Below are positions 51,783 through 61,741 of a stretch of DNA of 64,000 nt, piece after piece. Every line of letters starts with the position of its first letter. Within the stretch, counting starts at the first letter, position 1. The position numbers and the translations under genes were made by a program. The DNA comes from Methanobacteriota archaeon (GTDB lineage: Archaea > Halobacteriota > Bog-38 > Methanoflorentales > Methanoflorentaceae): assembly GCA_963720465.1 (NCBI GenBank), contig OY970393.1, forward strand, positions 544,001 to 608,000, read 5' to 3'. The notes beneath the pieces are model-generated. The model was not told the DNA's origin. It made no database searches and was given only the letters and a program-made list of their open reading frames with translations.

Positions 51783-53225
51783 ATGATGCAGCAACGCAAT
51801 CTCGACGTGCCCCGCGTGCTCATCGCGGCTGATAGGAGTTCAGCGGGAAAAACGACGATCGCTGTGGGACTGATGTCCATCCTCACCAAAGAGGGTCAAG
51901 CCGTTCAGCCATTCAAAGTGGGCTTAGATTATATTGACCCGAGTTACCATTCTGAGGTCACGGGGCGCTTTTCCCGCAACCTCGATGGCTATTTGATGAG
52001 CAGGCAAGCTATCGTTGAGGTTTTTTCGCACGCAAGTCGCGGTGCCGACATAGTCATCGTAGAGGGCGTTAGAGGTCTTTACGAGGGTCTCGAAAGTTTA
52101 AGTGACATCGGCAGCACGGCGCAAGTCGCCAAGATTCTGCGTTCACCTGTGATCTTGGTCATTGACGCGCGGAGCATCACAAGAAGCACTGCAGCGTTAG
52201 TGAAAGGCTACCGGTCATTTGACAGGCGAGTTGCCATCAAAGGAGTCATACTCAACAATATAGGAAGTGCGACGCACGCAGCCAAAGCGAAAGAGGCAAT
52301 TGAACACTATACGGGCATCGACGTGATCGGGCAAATCCCGCGTGACGATTCGATGCACCTAGCAATGCGCCACTTAGGACTCGTACCCGCTTCCGAAGGG
52401 CTTGTTCGAGACCGTGCTTTTCGAAAACAGCTGGAAAACATCGAAGATATTATCCGCGGCCACCTTGACGTCGACAAGGTGCTTCAAATTGCGAAGAGCG
52501 CCGGTCCGATGCCGCGAGTGGCGCCGACGGTGTTTGTACCGTCGAACGAAAAGCGGACGCGCGGAGCAAAGGTGCGAATCGGAGTGGCGTACGATGAGAC
52601 TTTTAACTTTTATTATCACGACTTGTTCGATTTGTTCTTCTTAAACGCCGTTGATGTTGTCTTCTTTAGTCCTTTACGCGATAGCGCGATTCCCAACGTT
52701 CACGGCGTTTATCTAGGCGGCGGATATCCGGAACTGTTCGCACACGAGCTGGAGCGAAACCGCTCAATGCGAGATTCCCTCGCTTCAAATGCCCAAGAAG
52801 GCATACCAATTTTTGCAGAATGCGGTGGCCTTATGTACCTCACGGAGACGCTCGAGTATGCTGGACGAACCTCAAAAATGGTCGGTATTATTCCCGCAAA
52901 AACGAATATGATCCATAAACGGGTGATCGGCTACGTCGCGGGCACGACTATCCGCGATACCATCATCGGGCGCAAAGGAACCCGATTTCGAGGACACGAA
53001 TTTCACTATTCAGAACTCACAGATCTGGGCGGCAAACTCGAGTTTGCGTTTAAGCTGCAAAAAGGAATAGGTATAACAGACGGATGCGATGGTATACAAG
53101 TCGAGAAGACGCTCGCTTCGTACGCCCACGTTCATCCGCTATCGTACCCCGATCTTGCGGCAACCTTCGTGCACTCGTGCGCGGAGTTCAAGGACCAAAA
53201 AGCTCACAGCACGCGATCTCTCTAA
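51783..53225 (+). CDS. cfbB: Ni-sirohydrochlorin a,c-diamide synthase
   Basis: DRSSAGKTT, FKVGLDYIDP, EGVRGLYEG, AECGGLMYL, GHEFHYS. Confidence 0.95.
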   Translation: MMQQRNLDVPRVLIAADRSSAGKTTIAVGLMSILTKEGQAVQPFKVGLDYIDPSYHSEVTGRFSRNLDGYLMSRQAIVEVFSHASRGADIVIVEGVRGLYEGLESLSDIGSTAQVAKILRSPVILVIDARSITRSTAALVKGYRSFDRRVAIKGVILNNIGSATHAAKAKEAIEHYTGIDVIGQIPRDDSMHLAMRHLGLVPASEGLVRDRAFRKQLENIEDIIRGHLDVDKVLQIAKSAGPMPRVAPTVFVPSNEKRTRGAKVRIGVAYDETFNFYYHDLFDLFFLNAVDVVFFSPLRDSAIPNVHGVYLGGGYPELFAHELERNRSMRDSLASNAQEGIPIFAECGGLMYLTETLEYAGRTSKMVGIIPAKTNMIHKRVIGYVAGTTIRDTIIGRKGTRFRGHEFHYSELTDLGGKLEFAFKLQKGIGITDGCDGIQVEKTLASYAHVHPLSYPDLAATFVHSCAEFKDQKAHSTRSL

Positions 53226-53739
53226 TGAACGCGGTGTTAAACTCCGCGATCGCACGCGGATCGGTTGCTGTTGTGATGCTGCCATCACGCTCGACTGGCC
53301 TGCCGGTGTAGTTTGCCCCGGCTTGCTCCAACTCCGCCCCCACTGCCGGGTGTGATGTCAAAGTCTTGTTCTTGACAATTCCAGCCGAGATGAGTACCTG
53401 TGGCCCGTGACAAACGGCGCCGATCCGGAGTCCTCCGTCATAAGCTTCTCTAACGACTTTTTGAACGTCTAGATCGTCACGAATTTTAGACGGTGCTCTC
53501 CCGCCAGGAATATAAAGCGCCGCATAGTTTCTAGCGTCGACGTCACGCACCAATGTATCAGGAATAACGGCCACTTCGCCGCGCTTTCCGTTGAGAACGT
53601 CGGACGAAGTACTGGCTACGGTGACAGTCGCGCCTTCTAGCATCAGCGGTCCAGCAACGTCGCGAAACTCCGAATCCTCGAACTCTGACGCCAGCAAAAC
53701 GAGCACGTGTTTTCCTTCTAATCTCTTGATAATGGGCAT
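53188..53739 (-). CDS. pfpI: PfpI/DJ-1 family intracellular protease/deglycase
   Basis: FEDSE, IPGG.AP, AVCHGPQVLISAG. Likely ATG at 53739. Confidence 0.9.
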   Translation of the reverse strand: MPIIKRLEGKHVLVLLASEFEDSEFRDVAGPLMLEGATVTVASTSSDVLNGKRGEVAVIPDTLVRDVDARNYAALYIPGGRAPSKIRDDLDVQKVVREAYDGGLRIGAVCHGPQVLISAGIVKNKTLTSHPAVGAELEQAGANYTGRPVERDGSITTATDPRAIAEFNTAFIREIACCELFGP

Positions 53740-54080
53740 AAACCATCGTTGCGAGTTTCTTGAGAAATATCTTGCCCCCTCTTTACCTCGACCCCTCCTG
53801 TCAAGTGCTCTGCTAAGGTTCGTGCCAGACGCAGACGCCAAGAACACAGCGACAGTCTCGCGGCGACAAACTGCCAACTGGGAGAGAGCCGCGGTTGTCT
53901 CATTCTTCCCACGTTGACAGAAAAGACTTTGAAGGCCGTGCAAATGGGGTTGTGTGCGCTGCAACCGCGCGTGGCCTAACGTGTGAGGAAAATGCGTTAG
54001 ATTCTCTTAACCAATCATCACTCTTTTTTATTTGGACATTATTAACTACATGAGAGTTTTATTTCGTTGGTGAGTGACGC

Positions 54081-54548
54081 ATGCACTTTACGCATATACA
54101 GAACGGTAAGGCACAGCAAGTGGATATCTCTGACAAACCAGTCGCTTACAGGAGCGCGTTAGCTGAAGGAACTATTGAGCTTAAATCCGAGACTATTGAC
54201 GCAATAAAACAGGGCTCGATTGAAAAAGGGAATGTACTGAATACCGCGACGGTCGCCGCTGTGCTTGCGACTAAGCAGACGCCCTACGTCATCCCATTGT
54301 GTCATCCGATCCCACTGACAAGCATCAAAGTGGATTATTCCGTGCTCAACACGTCAATCACGGCGACCGTTGAGGTAAAATCGGAGGGCAAGACGGGAGT
54401 TGAGATGGAAGCACTCACGGGCGTAAGCGTTGCACTATTAACGATATGGGATATGGTCAAGAGCGGCGAGAAAGACGCAACTGGCAACTACCCCAGCACA
54501 AGAATGCGTGACATACGAGTCTTACACAAGAGCAAAATTGAGAGGTGA
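54081..54548 (+). CDS. moaC: Cyclic pyranopterin monophosphate synthase
   Basis: VDISDK, IPLCHP, KTGVEMEALTG, IWDMVKS. Confidence 0.96.
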   Translation: MHFTHIQNGKAQQVDISDKPVAYRSALAEGTIELKSETIDAIKQGSIEKGNVLNTATVAAVLATKQTPYVIPLCHPIPLTSIKVDYSVLNTSITATVEVKSEGKTGVEMEALTGVSVALLTIWDMVKSGEKDATGNYPSTRMRDIRVLHKSKIER

Positions 54549-54679
54549 GGTCTCATTAGAAAATCGTACGTATCCAACGCAGCGTTCATCGCGCCTGCGT
54601 TGCCTTGCGCTACGCGAAAAAAGAACAACCGTTTTGGCGACCACACGTCTATATGGCATGCGAAAACAATGAGCGTCAT

Positions 54680-55528
54680 ATGACACGCGCGTCAGCGCGC
54701 GGGGCCGGCACCGTCATCAATGGGATCGCCACGCTCAAAGGATCTGCTTTTGCCATCGGGCTGAAAACTCACGCTGATGTCGAAGTCGTCGACAGCGGCA
54801 TCACGTGCGAAATTGCCGATGATCCCTCTGCCGATACCTCGCTTATCGCAGAGTGTGGACGCTTGGTTGTCGAACGATACGCCCCTAGATCCGGCGTCCA
54901 CATCGTGACGAGAAGCGAAATACCGATGGCAAGTGGCCTAAAGAGCAGTAGCGCAGCAGCGAACGCCGCGGTACTCGCACTCGTCGAAGCCCTTGACGTT
55001 GAACTAGAACCGCTCGACATTGTCAAACTTGGCGTCCTTGCAGCGCGACGAGCCGGAGTCACCATTACGGGGGCGTTCGATGACGCGTGCGCCTCTTTTT
55101 TCGGAGGACTCGTCTTCACGGACAACGAGCACGACGTGCTCCTAAAGCGTGTTGAAATAAACGACACTGTAGTAGTATACGTCCCGCGACGCAAAGCCTA
55201 TTCAGCGAAGGCGGACGTCTCGCGAGCACGACTGCTCGCGCCGTGGGTCGATATGGCGTACCATCTGGCTCTCGATGGCGAATATGAAAAGGCTATGGTC
55301 TTAAACGGCTTGCTGTACTGCACCGCATTTGGCTTTAGCCCGGAGCCTATAGTATCCGCGCTGGCTGCCGGAGCGCAAGCTGCGACCCTTTCCGGAACGG
55401 GACCAGCATACATTGCTGTTGTGGACCAGTCATCTTTACGGACCGTCAAACAAGCGTGGGAACCGCTCGAGGGGTTTATTATTGAGACCGAGACGTCAAA
55501 TAGAGGAGCGCAGATAGAAGCGTCTTGA
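54680..55528 (+). CDS. aroK: Archaeal (GHMP-type) shikimate kinase
   Basis: GAGTVIN.IAT.KGSA, P.ASGLKSSSAA, TGAFDDA, SGTGP. Confidence 0.95.
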   Translation: MTRASARGAGTVINGIATLKGSAFAIGLKTHADVEVVDSGITCEIADDPSADTSLIAECGRLVVERYAPRSGVHIVTRSEIPMASGLKSSSAAANAAVLALVEALDVELEPLDIVKLGVLAARRAGVTITGAFDDACASFFGGLVFTDNEHDVLLKRVEINDTVVVYVPRRKAYSAKADVSRARLLAPWVDMAYHLALDGEYEKAMVLNGLLYCTAFGFSPEPIVSALAAGAQAATLSGTGPAYIAVVDQSSLRTVKQAWEPLEGFIIETETSNRGAQIEAS

Positions 55529-55589
55529 CCATCAAGCGACGACGAGGAGCCAACGTTCTTTTAATACGTGGTATATATAGTCAAGCCGG

Positions 55590-55874
55590 ATGATAGAAAA
55601 AGTGCGAGGTCAAATAGCAGTAATCGATGCGGAAATCGTTGAACTGATAGCACGACGAACAGACCTAGCGTCGCAGGTCTTACGCGCGAAAAGGGCGGAT
55701 GGCTTCACCCAGATTGACGATGAGAAGCAGCACGAACGAGTGCTCAATAGAGCCGTCGACATGGCTACCGAACGAAACATTGACGCGGGTGCAGTGAAAA
55801 AAATTTTTGAGATTCTCATCGCAATGAACTTAGAAATACAGCATGGATTGAGCGGCGAAGGTAATTTGCCGTAG
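55590..55874 (+). CDS. Chorismate mutase (AroQ type)
   Basis: R.QI..ID.EIVELIARR...K motif, located next to aroK. Confidence 0.9.
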   Translation: MIEKVRGQIAVIDAEIVELIARRTDLASQVLRAKRADGFTQIDDEKQHERVLNRAVDMATERNIDAGAVKKIFEILIAMNLEIQHGLSGEGNLP

Positions 55875-55910
55875 CCGCACATCTGCCGCAAGCGCGAGCA
55901 AGCAACCCTT

Positions 55911-56882
55911 ATGATCTATCAGAAAAACGGAATATCCGTCACTTTTGCAGACGGAACAAAATTCAGATTAGACCCGAGAACGTACTCCCCAGAAGAAATA
56001 AATTTGGTTTCACACGGACACTCTGACCACCTTCCCACTCGCTGCCACGGCAAAAGCGTCGTTATGTCTGATGTCACGCAGAAACTGCTGAAGCTAAGGA
56101 AACGGGCGACAGCAGACATATTGTGCCACGCAAGTGTGCGCCCACTTGACGCAGGTCACGTTGTCGGCTCGCGCATGTTTTTCCTTGAGGGCGACCAGAG
56201 TATCCTCTACACTGGCGACTTCTGCACCAAACAAAAGTTTTTTTCTCAGGGGGCGCAGCCAGTCAATGCCGACGTTTTGATAATCGAATCCACATTCGGA
56301 AGCGAGGAGTATGTCTTTCCCGAAACGAAGGAAGTCGCAACGCAGATTCGACAATGTGTCGCTTCGTGCATTGAAAACGAAGAATCGGCGATCGTTCTCG
56401 CTTATCCTTTCGGAAAGGCGCAAGAGCTTACGCACATGCTTCGCGATTATGCTCCTTTTGTCGACAGCGGCATCTATCAGATTAATGACACGCTGAGGAG
56501 CTTTGGTTACGATTTTCGTGATCAACTATTCGACGCAGCTGCAGTCACCGAAGCGCGAGAACCGTTTGTGCTCATCACGTCGGGGCGCTCGACCCCCCAA
56601 GGGCAGGACGGACTGCTCCGCGGAAAAAGGCGTACGCTAGCAGTCTCCGGTTGGGCGGCGGGCCGCGGTTTCAAGTACTTTCGAGGAGTAGACTACGCAT
56701 TTGCACTGTCAGACCACGCAGATTTTCAAGATCTCTTGCGCTTCGTTGACCGATGTAACCCTGATGTGGTCTACACGTGCCACGGGTTTGCAAAGAAGTT
56801 TGCAGGTCTCGTTCACGCCCAACTCGGGATCGATGCGGTGCCACTCGAGAAAGGGCAACACTTTTTGTCTAACTACGCATAA
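55911..56882 (+). CDS. MBL-fold nuclease (beta-CASP-like)
   Basis: SHGHSDH, AGHVVGS, YTGDF, IESTFG, GKAQE, LSDHADF, CHG. Confidence 0.9.
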   Translation: MIYQKNGISVTFADGTKFRLDPRTYSPEEINLVSHGHSDHLPTRCHGKSVVMSDVTQKLLKLRKRATADILCHASVRPLDAGHVVGSRMFFLEGDQSILYTGDFCTKQKFFSQGAQPVNADVLIIESTFGSEEYVFPETKEVATQIRQCVASCIENEESAIVLAYPFGKAQELTHMLRDYAPFVDSGIYQINDTLRSFGYDFRDQLFDAAAVTEAREPFVLITSGRSTPQGQDGLLRGKRRTLAVSGWAAGRGFKYFRGVDYAFALSDHADFQDLLRFVDRCNPDVVYTCHGFAKKFAGLVHAQLGIDAVPLEKGQHFLSNYA

Positions 56883-56984
56883 TATCGCCGGCTTATAGGT
56901 GTGTAATACGCGCAGAAATGCTCAAAAACGTCCAAGTAAGAGCGTATATATAGCAAAAGCGGTCACTTTACATGGGAGATCAAG

Positions 56985-57218
56985 ATGTCTGGCCCTAATG
57001 ACAACCAAACAAAGATCCTGAGCTATTTGAAAAAAGGGGTTACACGAGGCAAATACTTTTTCAAAAGCAAATCAATAGCGCGAGAACTAGGCCTGAGTCC
57101 CAACGAAGTCGGTACGAATATCAGCATGCTCATCGACAACTCCGACGACATCGTCATCGAGAAATGGAGCTATTCTCACGGAACCACGTGGCGCGTGTAC
57201 ACCGCGAAGAAAGCTTGA
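56985..57218 (+). CDS. Small winged-helix DNA-binding protein conserved in Halobacteriota
   Basis: YFFKSK.IA.ELGLSP.EVG...IEKWS...TTWRV. Confidence 0.85.
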   Translation: MSGPNDNQTKILSYLKKGVTRGKYFFKSKSIARELGLSPNEVGTNISMLIDNSDDIVIEKWSYSHGTTWRVYTAKKA

Positions 57219-57251
57219 ACTTTCTTTTTTGAGCCGACCTCTGGTGAGCTC

Positions 57252-57812
57252 TTGACTTCGGTAGTGGTTATCAACAATTACGGACAATTTGCCCATTTGA
57301 TTCATCGCACTGTTCGGGACCTAGGCATTCAATGCGAGCTCGTAAAGAATACGCTTAGCCCCGACGAGTTGCTCCAGCGCAGTCCCGATGGTTTAATCTT
57401 GAGCGGCGGCCCAACGCTGGACCGCATAGGGAACTGCAAACAATACGTACGAGAGATAGAGCTGCCGATTCTAGGGATTTGCTTGGGCCATCAGCTGATA
57501 GCTGAGACGTTTGGTGGTGCCGTCGGTAAAGGCGCGTCAGGGGGGTATGCTAACGTCACGGTTGAGATCATTGAGCCTGACGACATACTGCTAGGTATCG
57601 GGCCGACAATAACTACATGGGCGTCTCACGCCGACGAAGTCAGTCGCTTGCCGAATAATTTTGTAAAACTCGCCCGTTCAGCGATATGCGAAATAGAAGC
57701 AATGAAGCACCCTTCCAAACTTATCTATGGGGTACAGTGGCATCCGGAAGTGGCGCACACAGAAGCGGGCAATACTCTTATACTAAACTTTCTTAAGATC
57801 TGCGAGTCCTAA
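57252..57812 (+). CDS. guaAA: GMP synthase subunit A (glutamine amidotransferase)
   Basis: NNYGQF.HLIHR, LSGGP, GICLGHQ, SHADEV, QWHPEV.HT. Confidence 0.95.
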   Translation: MTSVVVINNYGQFAHLIHRTVRDLGIQCELVKNTLSPDELLQRSPDGLILSGGPTLDRIGNCKQYVREIELPILGICLGHQLIAETFGGAVGKGASGGYANVTVEIIEPDDILLGIGPTITTWASHADEVSRLPNNFVKLARSAICEIEAMKHPSKLIYGVQWHPEVAHTEAGNTLILNFLKICES

Positions 57813-58039
57813 CGCTTCGGTTTTGGTGCCGAGAAGTCGATTCGGATGGCATGCTTGGGACAACTTCCAATACAAGCCGTGCACCCGAGACAGTAACGCG
57901 GATCCTTAACGATACATTTTCGCTTGCCGCTGACTATTGCCGTACCGTAGATTCGCTCGCCTTTCGGACAAACGCGGGCACATTTTCCTATGCCGTCGCA
58001 CTTTTCCAGATCTATAAAAATCTGAGGCATTTGAGGCAA
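57809..58039 (-). CDS. 2x[4Fe-4S] ferredoxin
   Basis: CDGIGKCARVCP and CLGCTACIGSCP. Confidence 0.9.
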   Translation of the reverse strand: MPQMPQIFIDLEKCDGIGKCARVCPKGERIYGTAIVSGKRKCIVKDPRYCLGCTACIGSCPKHAIRIDFSAPKPKR

Positions 58040-58052
58040 TGTGGTAGGAAAG

Positions 58053-58514
58053 CTAATCGTTAAGCTCCCCGATCCGCACTTCGCTCACGTAATCTTCGGC
58101 GCCAAAGTGCAAAGACAACTCGCGTGAAGCAGCCTCTGGCGAGTCGGCGGCATGAACCAAGTTCCTCACGGGGTCGAGGCAAAAATCCCCCCGCAAGCTG
58201 CCTGGCACCGCTTCAATAGGATTCGTCGCTCCGACGAGTTGGCGCACCGCTCGCACGGCGTTGAATCCCTCGAACGCCATCACGACGATTGGTCCCGAGG
58301 TGATGTAGTAAACCAGATGGTCGTAAAAGGGCTTGTCCTTATGTTCTGCGTAGTGCTTTCGTGCCGTCTCGATATCCAAATTCTTGAGTTTCAGCGCTCG
58401 AAGTTCCAGGCCTTTCTGCTCGAGTCGTGCAACAATCTTGCCCACCAGCCTTCTTTGAACCCCGTCCGGTTTGATCATCACGAAAGTGCGTTCAATGTGG
58501 TCTTCGGACGCCAT
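58053..58514 (-). CDS. ndk: Nucleoside diphosphate kinase
   Basis: ERTFVMIKPDGVQR, PGSLRGDF, NLVHAAD. Confidence 0.97.
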   Translation of the reverse strand: MASEDHIERTFVMIKPDGVQRRLVGKIVARLEQKGLELRALKLKNLDIETARKHYAEHKDKPFYDHLVYYITSGPIVVMAFEGFNAVRAVRQLVGATNPIEAVPGSLRGDFCLDPVRNLVHAADSPEAASRELSLHFGAEDYVSEVRIGELND

Positions 58515-58525
58515 CTAGACCCTTC

Positions 58526-58714
58526 TCACGCTCTTTTACGTGCCAATCGCCCATGCTCGGTCCAAGCTACGCGTCGCGCAAGACGCCCCAATCTGAAGTT
58601 CTTTTCACACTTGGACGAGCAAAAATGGAACACCGTTCCATCACGTTTGACGAACATCTTCCCTGTTCCAAGTTCGATGGCGCCTCCACAGAACGAACAC
58701 GTCCGCTTTTCCAT
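58526..58714 (-). CDS. rpl24e: 50S ribosomal protein L24e
   Basis: CSFCG..I..GTG.MFV..DG....FCSSKC.KN. Confidence 0.97.
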   Translation of the reverse strand: MEKRTCSFCGGAIELGTGKMFVKRDGTVFHFCSSKCEKNFRLGRLARRVAWTEHGRLARKRA

Positions 58715-58718
58715 GATC

Positions 58719-58940
58719 TTACCGCGTCATGAGTTTCTTAGCCTCGTGAGCCGTCTCGCGAAGCATGAGAATGTCGCCGATTTGGACAGGGCCCACACAA
58801 TTCCTCGTGATTATTCTTCCCTTGTTCGAGCCTTCGAGGATACGGCACTTGACCTGTTTCGCCTCTCCGTGCATCCCCGTGTTTCCTACTATTTCGATTA
58901 TTTCTGCAGGCGTTGCATCGTTGTATTCTGCCACCGACAC
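58719..58940 (-). CDS. rps28e: 30S ribosomal protein S28e
   Basis: TGMHGEA.QVKCRI...GRIITRN..GPV..GD.LML.ET. Confidence 0.97.
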   Translation of the reverse strand: MSVAEYNDATPAEIIEIVGNTGMHGEAKQVKCRILEGSNKGRIITRNCVGPVQIGDILMLRETAHEAKKLMTR

Positions 58941-58964
58941 GTCCTCCGGGATTCTCTACTAAGT

Positions 58965-59339
58965 TTAGCCTGAGCGAATCGTTTTAAGCTGCTCGACCAC
59001 TTCATCGACGAGAGCCTTGCTCTTTCCTGCATCGATAATTGCGGCCGCGGCTGAGCCCACATCTAGCCCTGACGCAGCACCAAGATCAGTCTGTCTTTTT
59101 ACATAGACGTACGATATGCCCTTCTCATCGCAAAGTGGCGGAATATGCGCTACGATTTCCTCTGGCTGCACGTCTGTGCTAATCAACACGAGTTGAACAA
59201 TGCCCCGTTCGATCGCCTTAGTAACCTCATTGGTGCCCTTTTTTATTTTACCCGTGTCACGCGCACTTTCGAGGGCTTCTAACGCCTTGTTTTCGATTTC
59301 GTCAGGGACGTCAAATTTCACAAAGATTGGTTTTGCCAT
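58965..59339 (-). CDS. rpl7ae: 50S ribosomal protein L7Ae
   Basis: [30 protein letters not shown]. Confidence 0.98.
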   Translation of the reverse strand: MAKPIFVKFDVPDEIENKALEALESARDTGKIKKGTNEVTKAIERGIVQLVLISTDVQPEEIVAHIPPLCDEKGISYVYVKRQTDLGAASGLDVGSAAAAIIDAGKSKALVDEVVEQLKTIRSG

Positions 59340-59344
59340 GCTAA

Positions 59345-59400
59345 CATACCTCTTTCAGGATCACACAGTCGCGCGAATCCTATCATCATTCATCGATATA
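59345..59400 (-). promoter_or_regulatory. K-turn-like (box C/D) element in the rpl7ae 5' UTR
   Basis: Minus strand ATGATGA (59383-59389)-T-AGGAT...ATCCT-GA (CTGA at 59355-59358), directly before the GAGGT RBS. Confidence 0.6.
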
Positions 59401-59563
59401 GGTGCTCTGCTGCAACTCAAAAGCCGTATCGATCAAGCATTTCATCGTATAAATAGCCGCTTGCGATGTCGTGTTGGTGTCCTCACGTTATATGTTTATC
59501 TATCTATACTTTTTTGATAGCGCATTAGAGCTCGGGTGAATCGCCAAGAGGCACACCCTGACA

Positions 59564-61513
59564 CTACCGTTGTTTTCGTTCAAACCCGCTTATTTCAGAA
59601 TAGCCGGATGGCAGAAACTTGGCTATTTGATTCACGGTAACAACCGTTCGCAGGCCCTTTTTTTCATCTTCGCGTGCTCTAGCGAGAAGCTCTCGCGATA
59701 CCATCTTTGCGACATCACTCTGGTTGTATTTGCCCGGCTCGAGCACGACAGCCAGTTGAGCCACACGGGTTATTGCCGATACTGGACCCCCCACGATCTT
59801 GTCATCATAGAGGCCGATGGCAAGCCGCGCTTCCGATTCCATATAATGTCGCTCGCCCCGAATAATAAAAGCGCCTTTCGGCACGTACTCTCCAGACTCC
59901 GGGGTTTTCGAAACCTGGGTTGGATGCACCCAGTAACATCGACCAGAGCCCAGACCTTGCTTCCAGATAGACGAGTATGACACAGCGAATTGAGCTGCCT
60001 CGCGCAGCGTGGGGTCGGGTATTTCTTTGCCTTCAGATTTCACGATCACCGCAGGGGCTCCGTGGACATCGGCGTGGAGAAATAGATCGCGTGGTTCCAA
60101 GTATTTCTTCACCAGTTCTTCGTTTGTTTCCGCATCTCTTCCGCCAATTACCAAGAACCCGTCAGTCGAAAAAAACCAACGATACCGCTCGAACCAGCGA
60201 GTTTTCTTTTTCTTCGCACGAAGTTTATTAGACCCCACTTGTTTTCCTGCCGACGCTTTTTCTTGATCTATTTTTTTTATTGAGAGTGCCAGTGCCCGTT
60301 CCGCGCCCTCTGCCTTTGCTTTCATGATCTTAGCTTTTTCATAGTACTTTTGCGCATTTTGCGGGACATCCTGGTCTACAGTGATGTCGATTGTGACGCC
60401 TTCGATGTTTATGGTCACGGTGCCGGTGCGCTGATCGACCTGCTCTACGAATGACAAAGAACCGAGAACGCGACCTAATTCATCCCACGTTTTCGATTCT
60501 CGGGCCCGCCGGACCGTATCTATTAAGCGATCGACCTCTTGATACTTCTCGAACAGCAAATCGCCTTTGAAGTGATCTTCACGATCTCGGCTTTTAAATT
60601 GTTGAATTGCCTCCTTTTGCCTGTCGATAATTTTCTCAAGTCGCGCTTGCGTCGCAGATGTGGTTTCCGGTTTTTCAACTTCTAGGCCGTAGTAGACGTC
60701 GAGGGCCTGATTGAAACTCGCGAAATAGCGTTTCCCGCATCGCTCGAACTGCGACACCTCAAACGGGAGGACGTCGATGGGCACCGAACCGTCTTCACAT
60801 ACGATATGGGGCTTCAGCTTGCTTGATCGTACTGGATCGAAGACAGCTCTGAGCGCTTCGTAGAGCGTCTGAACTTCGTCTGAAGTGAGGCTGGTTTTGT
60901 CTTTCGCTACGTGAGCTCTCAAGCATACTTCTTCAGCATACAAGCCTCCCATATTGAACCGCGTAGCGAGCGTTCTAACTACGTCGCGCGAGATGGACGC
61001 AATCGCTGTTTCAAACTCGTCGTACGAAAGGCCGACAGGGTTGAGTTGCGATGGCGGGTATTCATAGTGTTGCCCTCGTACGACCTGCCTAGCTGTGGAT
61101 CTCATACCTCGCAGCGGTAAAATGATGCGCTTGGATGTGTCGGTAAGGATAACGTTCCCTTTAGAAAAGAGTTCACAGATCAGGTAGCGTTCGTCATCGC
61201 CGCGTGTAAACTGTATCTCCACGATGCGGTCGAAATCGTGTTGCGTAATTGCGGCAATCCTTCCGCCTTTGAGCTCCTTTCTCAGCAGCATCGGGAAACT
61301 GGGGGGCACGGCGGGTGCTAAAGCAGGATTACTCGTCAGGTGCAATCGCTTTCCCGATTCGATTATCAAATCGTATTTTCCATTTCTTGTCGTAAGCTTC
61401 AAGCGAATCTCCACAGGTGAGAGCTGATAGGCTTTTTCCAGTTTCGCCCCGATCAGCACGTCTAATTCTGGTAAAAGGGCTGCAACGTCTACGCTGGTCA
61501 TTACGGTCTTCAA
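59564..61513 (-). CDS. rqcH: Ribosome quality-control protein RqcH/Rqc2 (NFACT family)
   Basis: MTSVDV, FPMLLRKEL, DFDRI, WFERYRWF, GGRDA.TNE, HADVHGAP, QVSKTPESGEY..KGAF.IRG. TTG start at 61513 is likely. Confidence 0.95.
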   Translation of the reverse strand: MKTVMTSVDVAALLPELDVLIGAKLEKAYQLSPVEIRLKLTTRNGKYDLIIESGKRLHLTSNPALAPAVPPSFPMLLRKELKGGRIAAITQHDFDRIVEIQFTRGDDERYLICELFSKGNVILTDTSKRIILPLRGMRSTARQVVRGQHYEYPPSQLNPVGLSYDEFETAIASISRDVVRTLATRFNMGGLYAEEVCLRAHVAKDKTSLTSDEVQTLYEALRAVFDPVRSSKLKPHIVCEDGSVPIDVLPFEVSQFERCGKRYFASFNQALDVYYGLEVEKPETTSATQARLEKIIDRQKEAIQQFKSRDREDHFKGDLLFEKYQEVDRLIDTVRRARESKTWDELGRVLGSLSFVEQVDQRTGTVTINIEGVTIDITVDQDVPQNAQKYYEKAKIMKAKAEGAERALALSIKKIDQEKASAGKQVGSNKLRAKKKKTRWFERYRWFFSTDGFLVIGGRDAETNEELVKKYLEPRDLFLHADVHGAPAVIVKSEGKEIPDPTLREAAQFAVSYSSIWKQGLGSGRCYWVHPTQVSKTPESGEYVPKGAFIIRGERHYMESEARLAIGLYDDKIVGGPVSAITRVAQLAVVLEPGKYNQSDVAKMVSRELLARAREDEKKGLRTVVTVNQIAKFLPSGYSEISGFERKQR

Positions 61514-61741
61514 CCGGTCGCCTCTCGCACGAGTGCCGTTAGTGAACAAAGTCGTTCTATTGTATCGTCGCTAAACAATAAAACCTGTGTTTTTGTGACG
61601 CGTCGCGGTTGCACGCGGACTCAGCCCCTTCCGGATGCGAATCACTAGCGCTGCGTTACGTGTGACTTCAGCACGCCTAACAGCGCACTTACAAAGCCAC
61701 AAAACATATAAACACAGTTGAGTCTTAGTTGATGTCGAAGC

